Shown piece after piece: positions 41,303-51,344 of a stretch of 64,000 nt of DNA. How positions within the stretch are numbered: the first letter of the stretch is position 1; each line of letters opens with the position of its first letter. The DNA is from a virus (taxonomy: Duplodnaviria; Caudoviricetes), in IMG/VR virus record IMGVR_UViG_3300009082_000959, one strand, 5' to 3'. Below the pieces are notes generated by a model. It saw nothing but the letters and a program-made list of their open reading frames with translations, made no database searches and was not told the origin of the DNA. Made by a program: the position numbers and the translations under genes.

Positions 41303-42501
41303 AAATAGGAATCGTTGGTGATACTCACGTCGGAAGTGGCTATAATTTTGGCAAAACAGATGGAGCAACCCAGCTAAATACAAGGTTATTGGATTTGGTT
41401 GAAACTTTTGACAACACAATAGATGAATTTAAAAAGAGAGATGTAAAGTTAGTTGTTATTACTGGTGATGTTTTTGATAGCAAACATCCTTCTTCGTCTC
41501 AACTTAATGCTTTTTCAAAGTGTGTCCAACGCGCCATAAAAGAAAAAATGGAAATTGCGATAGTGGTAGGAAATCACGATCAGCAAAGGGCGATATCAAC
41601 GACAACGGTTGATATATTTGAGGTTTTGGAAATACCAGAAATATCAGTATATGCCCATGCCGGTTCAAAAATAATTAAAGATGAAGATGGTCAAGAGTTT
41701 GGTTTAATTTTTTTGCCATATCGTGACAGGAGAATGATTGGAGAAAAAACTAATACAGATGCAATTGCCGTTATAAAGAAAAACTTAAATGACATATGCG
41801 CTTCTCTTCCGCAAAAGAGAATTGTTGTAGGGCATTTCATGGTTGATAAGCCGGTTTCAGGAGAGAATCCAGACTCTTTCAGTATAAACGAGTTAGTTTT
41901 GCCAATAGATACATTTGATTGTGTTGATTTGGTTGTTATGGGCCATGTTCATAGACACTCGATAGTATCAAACAAAAAACCAAAGATAATAAATATCGGC
42001 TCAATGGATAGAGTTTCTTTTGGTGAAAAAGACCATACAAAGGTTTCCTTGGTAATAGACACAAAAACACTTGAAACAGAAATAATAAAAAGTAAAGTTA
42101 GAAATTTTATAGAAATTTCTCTGGATTATTCTCCAAAAGATAAATATTATAAAAACCAAATTAATGATAAAATTATCGCAGACATAGACAAATTCAATGC
42201 GCAAACAAATTTGTCAGGTTCTATATTGAAATTTTCTGTGAAAGTAAGACCAGATGATTTATGTTTTGTTGATAATGAGAAAATATTAAGTAGTCTTGCG
42301 GCAAAAAATGTAAAATATATAATGCCCATACATGTTGCTGCATCAAATCCAAGACAAATGAGGAACAAAAAAATAACAGAGGATATAAAATGCCAAGATG
42401 CTATGTTGGCCTACATAAATGGGCTAATAGAACCAGAGAACATAAAAAAGAAATTAATAAAAATTGCCACGCATATTATTGATGAGGTAGATTCTAAATG
42501 A
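41299..42501 (+). CDS. sbcD: SbcD/Mre11-like nuclease
   Basis: GDTH, TGDVFD, GNHD, GHF, GHVH, IGSMDRVSFGE. Confidence 0.9.
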   Translation: MKIGIVGDTHVGSGYNFGKTDGATQLNTRLLDLVETFDNTIDEFKKRDVKLVVITGDVFDSKHPSSSQLNAFSKCVQRAIKEKMEIAIVVGNHDQQRAISTTTVDIFEVLEIPEISVYAHAGSKIIKDEDGQEFGLIFLPYRDRRMIGEKTNTDAIAVIKKNLNDICASLPQKRIVVGHFMVDKPVSGENPDSFSINELVLPIDTFDCVDLVVMGHVHRHSIVSNKKPKIINIGSMDRVSFGEKDHTKVSLVIDTKTLETEIIKSKVRNFIEISLDYSPKDKYYKNQINDKIIADIDKFNAQTNLSGSILKFSVKVRPDDLCFVDNEKILSSLAAKNVKYIMPIHVAASNPRQMRNKKITEDIKCQDAMLAYINGLIEPENIKKKLIKIATHIIDEVDSK

Positions 42502-44579
42502 CACCAGATTATTTAAAAATTGAAAACTTCTTGTCCCACGATCAATCAGAGGTGGATTTTAAAAAATTCGACCTCGCTCTGATACTTGGGTCATTTGACG
42601 GAGAAACAGACCAATCAAACGGTTCAGGTAAAACCGCCATCATGGCCGCTATTTTGTGGGCTCTTTTTGGAAAATCCAGGCATAAGAAAAAGGATGGAGT
42701 TGTAAAGTGGGACAAACGATCGTGTAGGGTTGAGTTTTCATTCTGGATGAATAATGATTTATACAGAATTACACGGACACGAGATAAGATTGTTGGAGAA
42801 TCTGATGTTGTATTTGAAAAATGGAATGGTTCTCAATACGATAGCATAAGCTGTGATACAAATTCTGCGACAGATAATAAAATAGAAGAAACAATAAATA
42901 TTAATTATGAAGTTTTCATAAATTCTATTTATTTTAAACAAAATGATATATCTATGTTCGCTACTTCTGCTCCCGGAAAAAGAAAAGATATATTAAAAGC
43001 GTTGCTAAAAATGTCCAAGTGGGACCAATATCAGAAAAAATCAAAAGACCGCGCAAAGATTTTATCTACCAAAATAGAAGAAAAATCAAAATTATTGATA
43101 CCATTTGATGGATTGCAACTTGCTTTAAACACTTGCGTTAGTGATATAGAAAATTTAGAAGTATTGTTGGCAAAGAACACAAAAGAATATGATGAAAACA
43201 ATAGTAAGTTTGTTGGTTTGTCATCACAGTATCACACATTATATTCTGATTCAGTTGATGATAATGAGGTAAAATTATCGAAACTTCAAAAAGAGTATAG
43301 CGTGGCGGTTAGTAGAAAGAATAAATTATCCGCCGATATAATTGAAAATAATACATCTATAAGCAACAGCAATGATAGTGTTGCATCTATAAAACAAAGG
43401 GCCAGTGTTTTAAGAGAGAAAGTAAAAGCAAAGAAAGATATAAATTTACAATTTTTGCGTTCAAAGCTAATAGAAGGAAAATCAAAAGATGCATCTATGT
43501 CTGATAAAATATTGGAATTAAACAAAGATGTAGAATTATCAGGTGAGTGCGACCTTTGTGGAAAACAAATAACTAAATCAGAGGCCGATGCCATAAAGGA
43601 ATCAAGAATACAAAAATTATCAGATTTAAAACAAAAACAATCTGAAATAAAATCAAAAATTTCAAAGCTATCAAAACTATTAAAGGAACAAGAGAAAATA
43701 GTTGAGGACGGTAATTCGGCTGAATTAGAAATAAGCAAATTAGAAACAAAGATATCAAAACTTCAATCTGATATAAATAACAAAATTACAGAAAATGAAA
43801 GAATTTCTATTGAATTATCAAAAATAGATGAGAAAAAATTTGAAAGAGAAATTGATTTACTCAAAATAAAGGCAGACGCAAATGGTAGAAAATTATTAAA
43901 AAAAGAAATTGATGATTTGGAATTACTATTAAAATCAACAAAATTATCTGGAAGTAATTTGAGCAAAGAATATGGCCATAAGCTTGGCAAAAAGGAAGAA
44001 TTTGTTGCAAGTATATCTGCCCAAAAAGAAATACAATCTCAAATAGAAAGACTTAAATCCGAGTTTATTATATATGACAAATTAAAGAGTTATTTTGGCA
44101 AAGATGGAATTCAGTCAATTATAATAGAGAATGTTATAGGTGAGCTTGAAAACTATACAAATGAAACTCTTGAAAAGATTTGCAATGAACCCACATCTAT
44201 TTCAATAAAGACGCAAAGACAAAATGAAAATGGGTCTTGGGCGGAAACCATTGAAATATCTACGAAAGTTGGACAAAGAACAGATGATTTTGAATCTTTG
44301 TGTGGCGGAGAGCAGTTTAGGATATCATTGGCAATAAGATTGGCTTTAAGTAGTATTTTGTCGAGTAGAATGGGCGGAAAGATTAAGTTTTTACTTTTAG
44401 ATGAAGTAAGTTCAAGCCTTGATAATAAGGGATTGAGAATGTTTATGGACACAATAAAAGGATTGAGTAATGAGATGAAGGTTTTAGTAATAACCCATGA
44501 TGACCGATTAAAAGATATGTTTGAGCATGTAATAATGGTTGATAAGGGACCAAGCGGCAGCAGAGTAACTATGTCGTAA
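42498..44579 (+). CDS. sbcC: SbcC/Rad50-like ATPase
   Basis: NGSGKT Walker A, coiled coils, CDLC hook, LCGGE signature, LLLDE, ITHD. Confidence 0.92.
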   Translation: MTPDYLKIENFLSHDQSEVDFKKFDLALILGSFDGETDQSNGSGKTAIMAAILWALFGKSRHKKKDGVVKWDKRSCRVEFSFWMNNDLYRITRTRDKIVGESDVVFEKWNGSQYDSISCDTNSATDNKIEETININYEVFINSIYFKQNDISMFATSAPGKRKDILKALLKMSKWDQYQKKSKDRAKILSTKIEEKSKLLIPFDGLQLALNTCVSDIENLEVLLAKNTKEYDENNSKFVGLSSQYHTLYSDSVDDNEVKLSKLQKEYSVAVSRKNKLSADIIENNTSISNSNDSVASIKQRASVLREKVKAKKDINLQFLRSKLIEGKSKDASMSDKILELNKDVELSGECDLCGKQITKSEADAIKESRIQKLSDLKQKQSEIKSKISKLSKLLKEQEKIVEDGNSAELEISKLETKISKLQSDINNKITENERISIELSKIDEKKFEREIDLLKIKADANGRKLLKKEIDDLELLLKSTKLSGSNLSKEYGHKLGKKEEFVASISAQKEIQSQIERLKSEFIIYDKLKSYFGKDGIQSIIIENVIGELENYTNETLEKICNEPTSISIKTQRQNENGSWAETIEISTKVGQRTDDFESLCGGEQFRISLAIRLALSSILSSRMGGKIKFLLLDEVSSSLDNKGLRMFMDTIKGLSNEMKVLVITHDDRLKDMFEHVIMVDKGPSGSRVTMS

Positions 44580-44602
44580 ATCTACTAATAAAGGATGATA
44601 AT

Positions 44603-45244
44603 ATGGGCATTCTATATCCATTTAAAAGAGTGTATGGGTTGATTGGCGCACCAAGAAGTGGCAAGGATTTGATAGCAAATTTTTTAGTGGAAACAAGAGG
44701 TTTCACCAAAATTGCCTTTGCTGACCAGATAAAGTTGGAGTTCGGTATTAGCGATGCCGACTTTGATGCAGCCAAATCAACTGGGTCCGACTTGGAATTA
44801 AGAAATAAGTTGTGGGATTTTAGTGCAGAAAAGAAAAAGAATGACCCAGAGTATTTTATAAGAACAGTTATTAATAAAATAAATGCCTTACAAGAGTCGG
44901 TGGTAGTTACAGATATAAGGACACAGGATGAATTGCGTGCATTTTACGGTGTCCCATTAGTAAGGCAAACAAGTGCTGGTAAATTATTTTTAGTCACAAA
45001 GAATGGGCAATATGTGGCAAGTTCTGGTCACATAGCGGGGTCAAAGATATTAGAAAGTGATTTGCAGGATTATTTTGACACTGGTAAATGCCAGCGTATA
45101 GTAAATAATGATAGCGGTTTGTGTGATTTTTACCAGCATCTTGATGAATTTTTCTTTATGCAGGATATTGTAAATTTATCAAACAAATTACAACTATTAA
45201 ATTATTTGCGACAATTTAATATTACAAGAAAGACACAACAATGA
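44603..45244 (+). CDS. Deoxynucleoside monophosphate kinase
   Basis: GLIGAPRSGKD, IAFADQIK, VVTDIR. Confidence 0.8.
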   Translation: MGILYPFKRVYGLIGAPRSGKDLIANFLVETRGFTKIAFADQIKLEFGISDADFDAAKSTGSDLELRNKLWDFSAEKKKNDPEYFIRTVINKINALQESVVVTDIRTQDELRAFYGVPLVRQTSAGKLFLVTKNGQYVASSGHIAGSKILESDLQDYFDTGKCQRIVNNDSGLCDFYQHLDEFFFMQDIVNLSNKLQLLNYLRQFNITRKTQQ

Positions 45245-45852
45245 AAAACATACTTTTAGACATAGATGGTGTCATTGCTGATTTTTATGTTGGGTTTGCA
45301 CAACACTTAAATGAAAATCATGGTTGTTCTCTTGATTTAAATTCTGACCCATCAAGTTATTCTATTTCAGACTGGGGACGTGGTGTTTGTGACATCGGCA
45401 ATATAGAAGAAACAATATTGGAATGGATTATGTCTGATGGAATGAGAAAATTACCAACAATTGGAGAAGCAAAAGAGTTCTTTGATAAACTTGAAAAATT
45501 GGGAAATGTTCATATAGTTACGGCCAGAGTGGGTGATTGGAAGCTTAAATTCAATGATAGTGTCGTCAATAAAATAAAAGACAACACTATTGGTTGGTTG
45601 AATGACAAGGGGATTTCAACAAAGAATTTAAATTTTGAACACGATAAAATTTCCTTTTGCAAAAATAACAAAATAAACATTATGATAGAGGATAAACTTT
45701 CCACGGCAATCGATGCAGCAAGGAACGGAATCAAATCTATTATAGTGGATAGAAAATATAATAAAAGCACAGTCAAAGAAGACGGAATGTATAGAGCGTT
45801 TTCCTTTGATGATATTTTAAGAAAAGTTGGTAAATCTAATGGCATCTGGTAA
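45241..45852 (+). CDS. HAD-family 5'(3')-deoxyribonucleotidase
   Basis: LLDIDGVIADF, IVTAR, IMIEDK. Confidence 0.8.
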   Translation: MKNILLDIDGVIADFYVGFAQHLNENHGCSLDLNSDPSSYSISDWGRGVCDIGNIEETILEWIMSDGMRKLPTIGEAKEFFDKLEKLGNVHIVTARVGDWKLKFNDSVVNKIKDNTIGWLNDKGISTKNLNFEHDKISFCKNNKINIMIEDKLSTAIDAARNGIKSIIVDRKYNKSTVKEDGMYRAFSFDDILRKVGKSNGIW

Positions 45853-46165
45853 GTATATTTTAAAAGAAGATGAATTAATTTCGCTTGTAAATGAAGTTAA
45901 AAATAATGGCCCAGAAAAAACCTACGATAAACTAAAAGAAAAAATTAATTTGGTTGTGGATTTTGATGATAATCTTGATAGTATGCTAATGGATATGCAT
46001 GATTCAGTATTGCAAAGGGCAAGAATATGCGCAGAGGATGATAAAAACATTGATACTTTATATTCAATTACGGTAATATTGAGAAGACTTGCGCACCAGA
46101 TACATAGGGCCTACATAAAACGTGGTAAAGACAAAAGTAATAATAATTTTTTGCATGTAGCATAG
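45839..46165 (+). CDS. Hypothetical protein
   Basis: ORF track. Confidence 0.55.
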   Translation: MASGKYILKEDELISLVNEVKNNGPEKTYDKLKEKINLVVDFDDNLDSMLMDMHDSVLQRARICAEDDKNIDTLYSITVILRRLAHQIHRAYIKRGKDKSNNNFLHVA

Positions 46166-46174
46166 GAAACTAAA

Positions 46175-47059
46175 ATGGCAGTAGTCACACTAACATTTCA
46201 AGGGTCTGATGACGAGATAGTCTCTGGAATACCAAGATACATTTCCATAGAATCAAATGTCACTGCCACAATTTATTTTACAATTGATGGTTCAACGCCA
46301 ACCACTAATTCACCAATATATACAGACACAATTAATGTTCCAACTAATCAAAACTCAATTACATTAAGTGCATTTGGGGTTGGGCTGGATGATGTTAGTG
46401 GTCCAATATTGACACAAGTATTTGCAACAGATGTTTCCAGAATTTCAATTACCAGAATGATTGGGATTGAAGGAATTATGTTAAATAGAGCAGATACTGG
46501 CGCTGACATACCAAATGATTATGATGCCGATGGATTACCTGGAAGATTTTTAGACATAGACCCCAGCAATTTAGATTTTTCGCCAGGAGATCGTGGGTTT
46601 AATGGAATAGCACCAGGAACACGAATAGAGGTCGGATTTCAAGATCCCACATCTACGCCGTCATTACTTGATGATGATATGGAAATTTCATCATCACCGG
46701 AAATAGGTGAATTCTTTAATCCAAATGCCAGAGTTATTTATATAGATAATAGAATACCAAATGATATTTTAATCATTCTTCGGCCATATGGATCACTGCA
46801 CGACCCATATATAGAGTTTGGCGGCAAAAGAATATTAGAGTCATCAGAAGACGCAAATTATGTCAGCGGTGGATTTGTAAAAAGATTTTATAATCCTGTT
46901 AATAATACTATGGTATCGTATTATTTTGATCATAATGAAGCACGATATGTTAGAAATATACAGAATTTACCAAGCAATATTCCTAATAGAGAACAATACT
47001 CGCCCGGCAATCCACTGGTATTTAAGTGGGTTTATGGTGGAAGGCAGTCTAGCTTGTAA
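46175..47059 (+). CDS. Protein with Fn3-associated/chitobiase-C-like domain, possibly virion-associated
   Basis: ATIYFTIDGSTPTTNSPIYT...ITLSAFGV. Confidence 0.6.
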   Translation: MAVVTLTFQGSDDEIVSGIPRYISIESNVTATIYFTIDGSTPTTNSPIYTDTINVPTNQNSITLSAFGVGLDDVSGPILTQVFATDVSRISITRMIGIEGIMLNRADTGADIPNDYDADGLPGRFLDIDPSNLDFSPGDRGFNGIAPGTRIEVGFQDPTSTPSLLDDDMEISSSPEIGEFFNPNARVIYIDNRIPNDILIILRPYGSLHDPYIEFGGKRILESSEDANYVSGGFVKRFYNPVNNTMVSYYFDHNEARYVRNIQNLPSNIPNREQYSPGNPLVFKWVYGGRQSSL

Positions 47060-47067
47060 GGAAAACA

Positions 47068-47826
47068 ATGGAAATTAATAAAGAAGAAGAAAATCCGTTA
47101 CTAATAAAGTTATCAGCAAGTTCAAAGAAAACCTATCAACAATGTCCCCGAAAATATTTTTTCAACTATATAGAAAAAGCACCCAAGAAAACTTGGTTAC
47201 ACTTTGACATTGGGAATCTATGTCACAAAACACTTGAATTATTTCATTACAATTATATTAAAAATGGAACACACAAAATGTCCTTATCTGAAATGATGGG
47301 CGTGTCGTTCGCAGAGGCAAGGAAATCGTATCTGGATATGAGTAATGATAATTTAGAAGAAGTAAAGTCAATGTTATCAGATTATCTTGCATCAGTAAAA
47401 GAAAATGGAATGCCAAATGTTAAGGGAACTGAAATTGGTTTCAGCTTTAATATAGATAAAGATGTTTTAATGAGAGGGTTCATAGATAGGTTGGACATTA
47501 TGAAGGATGGCAGGTTTCATATAGTTGATTACAAAACAACAAAAAATACTCAATATCTTGATGATTTTCAGTTGCTGGTTTATGGAATTTGGCTCAAAAA
47601 AGAGTATCCGACCATAGAGTCATTTAGAGGATCATATGTTTTATTAAAGCACAAATCCGCACTTAAAAGTTTTGATTTTAATTTGAGTGATGTTGATATA
47701 GTTCAAAATGAATTAATAGAATATGCATCAAAAATAAGAGAAGAAAATTCGTGGGTTCCAATTCCAAGCAGACTTTGTAATTGGTGCGATTTTTATGATA
47801 TTTGCCCGGCTCAACAGCAGTGGTAG
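47068..47826 (+). CDS. PD-(D/E)XK exonuclease, RecB/AddB/Cas4-like with Fe-S cysteines
   Basis: LSASS...CPRKY, GFIDRLD, IVDYKT, QLLVY, LCNWCDFYDICP. Confidence 0.88.
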   Translation: MEINKEEENPLLIKLSASSKKTYQQCPRKYFFNYIEKAPKKTWLHFDIGNLCHKTLELFHYNYIKNGTHKMSLSEMMGVSFAEARKSYLDMSNDNLEEVKSMLSDYLASVKENGMPNVKGTEIGFSFNIDKDVLMRGFIDRLDIMKDGRFHIVDYKTTKNTQYLDDFQLLVYGIWLKKEYPTIESFRGSYVLLKHKSALKSFDFNLSDVDIVQNELIEYASKIREENSWVPIPSRLCNWCDFYDICPAQQQW

Positions 47827-47841
47827 CCAGATTGGAAAAGT

Positions 47842-48636
47842 ATGAAAGATTTTGAAATATTTAAGAACGATGATAATTGTCAAATTGGGTTTTCTGGTGT
47901 TGTTGCGGTTTATGATAGTGAAATTTATGTAGATACAAGAAGTGGAGTTGGATACGACGAAGTTATAAAAAAACTAAATCCACTTATATATAAATTTACA
48001 AAAAAATATTATATGAGTAAGAAAGATCTTGTAGAGGACATAAAACAAGATATAGTGTTAATTATTCTTGATGGAATAAAGAAATTTAATCCAGAAAAGG
48101 AAACAAAGTTATCTACATTTATAGAAATGTATGTTAATCAAAAATTAATAAAAAAGGTTAGGGATAATAATAGGGATTTTAGAAGTGCAACATCACTTAA
48201 TATTAGTAAATATAAAATAATATGTAGGTGTGGTTTTAGGGATACTGTTAGTTTATCTCCGCAAGATATAAAAGATTATTGTTGTAGTGTTTGCGGGAAA
48301 AAGATTGAAAAAATTCCAAGGCGGATATCCGTTGGTGATATCAATGCATCAGATTTATCAAGCCCACTTTCATCTGATCAATCCTCTAATCCGCCACTGG
48401 ATATGGATATATTTCAGGAGAAAAAAGACGACAGTGATATTTGTTTTGCAAATGATTTACAAAATTGGGTTAGTGATAAAGATGAAAAGTTAGCAAAAAT
48501 TATATCTCTTTATTGTTTTAATGATTACTCAATTACTGCTGCGTCTAAATTAGTTGGAATAACAAGTCAAGGTGGAAACGGCAAGCTTAAAGATTTAAAG
48601 AAAAATAAAAAATTATTAGAAATTCTTGGTAGGTGA
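47842..48636 (+). CDS. Sigma70-family RNA polymerase sigma factor with internal Cys motif
   Basis: Region 2-like GIKKFNPEKETKLSTFIEMYV; region 4-like HTH YSITAASKLVGITSQ; CRC...CSVC between them. Confidence 0.7.
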   Translation: MKDFEIFKNDDNCQIGFSGVVAVYDSEIYVDTRSGVGYDEVIKKLNPLIYKFTKKYYMSKKDLVEDIKQDIVLIILDGIKKFNPEKETKLSTFIEMYVNQKLIKKVRDNNRDFRSATSLNISKYKIICRCGFRDTVSLSPQDIKDYCCSVCGKKIEKIPRRISVGDINASDLSSPLSSDQSSNPPLDMDIFQEKKDDSDICFANDLQNWVSDKDEKLAKIISLYCFNDYSITAASKLVGITSQGGNGKLKDLKKNKKLLEILGR

Positions 48637-48638
48637 AA

Positions 48639-49397
48639 ATGTCTAATTTGGTGAAAATTCTTATTAAGCAACAAAAAACTGATGCAAGAAAATCTATAGC
48701 AGCACAAAATAGAGAGATATCAAAAAGCAAAACATGTGCCCAATACATAATGTTTAAAGTAATTGCTGATGAGAAAAAATTTCTTGAGTATGATTTCTCC
48801 TCGGCAAAAAAAATAGAAGATGTAATGGATATAATACATTCCATTAGACATGCATCGGTAAATAGAAATTCTCATTACTTTAAGTGTGAATTATGTAAAA
48901 AAATATTGGCGCAGGTATCAACGCCACTGCCCGGAACTAATAAAGAATTAACAAAAGTTGATGACGATAAAATAAAAATACGATACGGTAATTTAATTGC
49001 AATATTAAGCAAAAATGTTGCAGACGAAATATCAAAGATGCAAGGCAAAAAAATGCCAAGCCAAAATGATATTACCAGGTGGGCACTAAAAGACGCAGTA
49101 TTAGAATTTTACAAAGATTTTAATGAAGAAGAAAGTGCGATTGTCGTAAAAAATGTTGGAGACGATCGTCTTGATTTGAAATTCGAAGCCGATTTTGATG
49201 TTATTTATAAAAAATGGTTCGATCGGCTTGACAAGTTGCAGCGCCGAAACGATAAATACACATTGCAGATCGAGGAATTTGATCGGGCCCAAGAAGATTT
49301 GGAACAAGGAATGCGTGGTTCAAATTTTGAAAAACAATTGGATAGGTATAGAAAAGAGTTTATGGAACAATTAAATGCAATAAATGGAACTAATTAA
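48639..49397 (+). CDS. Hypothetical protein
   Basis: ORF track; CELC motif. Confidence 0.6.
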   Translation: MSNLVKILIKQQKTDARKSIAAQNREISKSKTCAQYIMFKVIADEKKFLEYDFSSAKKIEDVMDIIHSIRHASVNRNSHYFKCELCKKILAQVSTPLPGTNKELTKVDDDKIKIRYGNLIAILSKNVADEISKMQGKKMPSQNDITRWALKDAVLEFYKDFNEEESAIVVKNVGDDRLDLKFEADFDVIYKKWFDRLDKLQRRNDKYTLQIEEFDRAQEDLEQGMRGSNFEKQLDRYRKEFMEQLNAINGTN

Positions 49398-49413
49398 TAA
49401 AGGAAAGGATCGT

Positions 49414-50697
49414 ATGACTAATTGTGTTGAGGTTGAAAAATTAAGTGAAATAAAGTATAAGATTAATATTTCTGTTCCATCCCAAGAGGTGGATAAAAAA
49501 TTCGATGATTTTTTTAAGATAGCTGGAAAGAGTGCGCAAGTTCCTGGTTTTAGAAAAGGGAAAGCCCCATTGTCTTTTTTGAAGCAAACTTTCTATGAAA
49601 AGGCAAAACCAACTGTTGCGCAAGCCTTGGTTGGTGAATATTTTACCAAAGCAATACAAGAGAATTCCATTAATCCCGTTGGGAAGCCGGAAATGGATAG
49701 TAAATTTAACAACGGCAAATACCCAGGATTATTTGGATTTGATAATTCTTTTAGTGCAAGTCTTATTGTGGAAGTTTTACCAAAAATTGATCCAGCTGGT
49801 TATTTAGGAATGGAATTAGATTTGCCAAACATTGATTTAAATAAGATGGTAGAAGCAAAGGTATTGGAAAGCAGAGAGCAGTTTGCAGAGAGAAAGCAAA
49901 TTTCTGATAGACCTGCCCAAACTGGAGACTCCGTAGTAATAGATTTTACCGGAATGATTGATGGAAAGCCGTTTGGTGGAGGGTCTGCGTCTGGCCATGT
50001 GATTAATTCGCTTGGTTCTGGAAGTTTGGTGTTTGGATTGGAGGCAGGAATAGTGGGAATGTCTTTAAATGAAACCAAAAATATCCCAGTGAAATTTCCT
50101 GATGATTATAGAATGAAGAATTTGGCTGGTCAGAATACAACATTTGATGTTACTCTGAAAAGCATAGTGGAAAAAAAGTTGTCAGAAGTAAATGTTGATT
50201 TAGCACTAATGTTGGGATTTACCTCTATTGAAGAAATGATGGAAAAATTTAAGTCTGATGCGCAGGAAAACAAAAGCGCTATGGAGCGGCAAGCACTTGA
50301 CAAGACAATTGTAAATATGCTCATAGCAAAGAATGTTTTTGATGTTCCTTCGGCTCTTATAGATGATGAATTTAGGCGCATAATGACTATATCAAAAAAT
50401 AAAGTTGAAGACTTGCAAAGCGATGTTATTGCAAGTATCAAGAAAATAGCAGAGACAAATGTTAAGCGTGCGGTGTTGTTTGATGCAATATACGAAAAAG
50501 AAAAGTCACTTGAGGTGACTCCAGAAGAATTAAACAAACTATTAGAACAACACTCAAAGGCAAACAATATGTCGAAGGATGATTTGGTTAGTAATTTATA
50601 CAACTCAAATCAAATGGATAATTTTGTGGGTATTTTAAGAACATCAAAAGTTGTTGATTTTATTATCTCACAAGCAAAAAGAAAGGAAAATGTTTAA
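49414..50697 (+). CDS. tig: Trigger factor
   Basis: Ribosome-binding signature VPGFRKGKAP; FKBP-like GDSVVIDFTG...FGG...GLEAGIVGM...VKFPDDY; C-terminal domain present. Confidence 0.92.
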   Translation: MTNCVEVEKLSEIKYKINISVPSQEVDKKFDDFFKIAGKSAQVPGFRKGKAPLSFLKQTFYEKAKPTVAQALVGEYFTKAIQENSINPVGKPEMDSKFNNGKYPGLFGFDNSFSASLIVEVLPKIDPAGYLGMELDLPNIDLNKMVEAKVLESREQFAERKQISDRPAQTGDSVVIDFTGMIDGKPFGGGSASGHVINSLGSGSLVFGLEAGIVGMSLNETKNIPVKFPDDYRMKNLAGQNTTFDVTLKSIVEKKLSEVNVDLALMLGFTSIEEMMEKFKSDAQENKSAMERQALDKTIVNMLIAKNVFDVPSALIDDEFRRIMTISKNKVEDLQSDVIASIKKIAETNVKRAVLFDAIYEKEKSLEVTPEELNKLLEQHSKANNMSKDDLVSNLYNSNQMDNFVGILRTSKVVDFIISQAKRKENV

Positions 50698-50942
50698 TGG
50701 AAACAGCAAGTAAGCAATCGGTAACTGGATTTAAGGTAATCAATTTTCAAAGCAAAACAAGCAAGGATACAGAGAAGGTTCGTTTGGTTTTGGAGGCAGA
50801 AGTAGATACAATGGGAGCCGGCACATATGATGTTGGCGATATACTAAAGGCTTTGCTCCATCATCAAACCGGACAAATAGATGTTGGCCTATCCGTGTTT
50901 GTAAATTCTGCACTTCCATCATCGGAAGAAGACACCCCATAA
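50697..50942 (+). CDS. Hypothetical protein
   Basis: ORF with SD AAGGA. Confidence 0.6.
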   Translation: METASKQSVTGFKVINFQSKTSKDTEKVRLVLEAEVDTMGAGTYDVGDILKALLHHQTGQIDVGLSVFVNSALPSSEEDTP

Positions 50943-50971
50943 TATAATAGCATTAGTGTTTCGGCAGAGCA

Positions 50972-51340
50972 ATGCTATTTGCCATTGCTCTGCACCCCAC
51001 ATACATGACAAAATTTTCAGACATCATTACACAAAAAACAACAAGCTGCTCAAAGTGTTTCTCGATGTTGTATGGCTTGCCGTGCCAAATAGACGCAGAC
51101 ATTGCAAACTTTTTAAAATCATTTGGTGGTCCAATTTATCCTTTGCAATCAGTGTCTTTGCTAAAAATAGACTCGACCGACGGATTTCATATAGAGGGAA
51201 GGCTTGGAGCAAAAGTTATAAAATTTGGAATGCCAAAAAAATACGAAAACAGTGATTTGGCAAAGCTTAAAAGAAAAATAGAATTTGAATTACAATTAAA
51301 AAAGTGGTTGGAAAAGAAATTAAATATAAAGATTGGATAG
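50972..51340 (+). CDS. Hypothetical protein
   Basis: ORF track; start uncertain. Confidence 0.5.
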   Translation: MLFAIALHPTYMTKFSDIITQKTTSCSKCFSMLYGLPCQIDADIANFLKSFGGPIYPLQSVSLLKIDSTDGFHIEGRLGAKVIKFGMPKKYENSDLAKLKRKIEFELQLKKWLEKKLNIKIG

Positions 51341-51344
51341 AAAA

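Noticed and set aside
37664-45852. Hypermodified-base (hmU/dU) DNA pathway
   Set aside because: dCMP deaminase, dNMP kinase and nucleotidase are present, but no hydroxymethylase or thymidylate-synthase-like gene is in the window, and a UDG argues against uracil-containing DNA.
47068-47826. CRISPR adaptation Cas4
   Set aside because: No cas1/cas2. It lies in the replication/recombination module, where Cas4-like exonucleases are common in phages.
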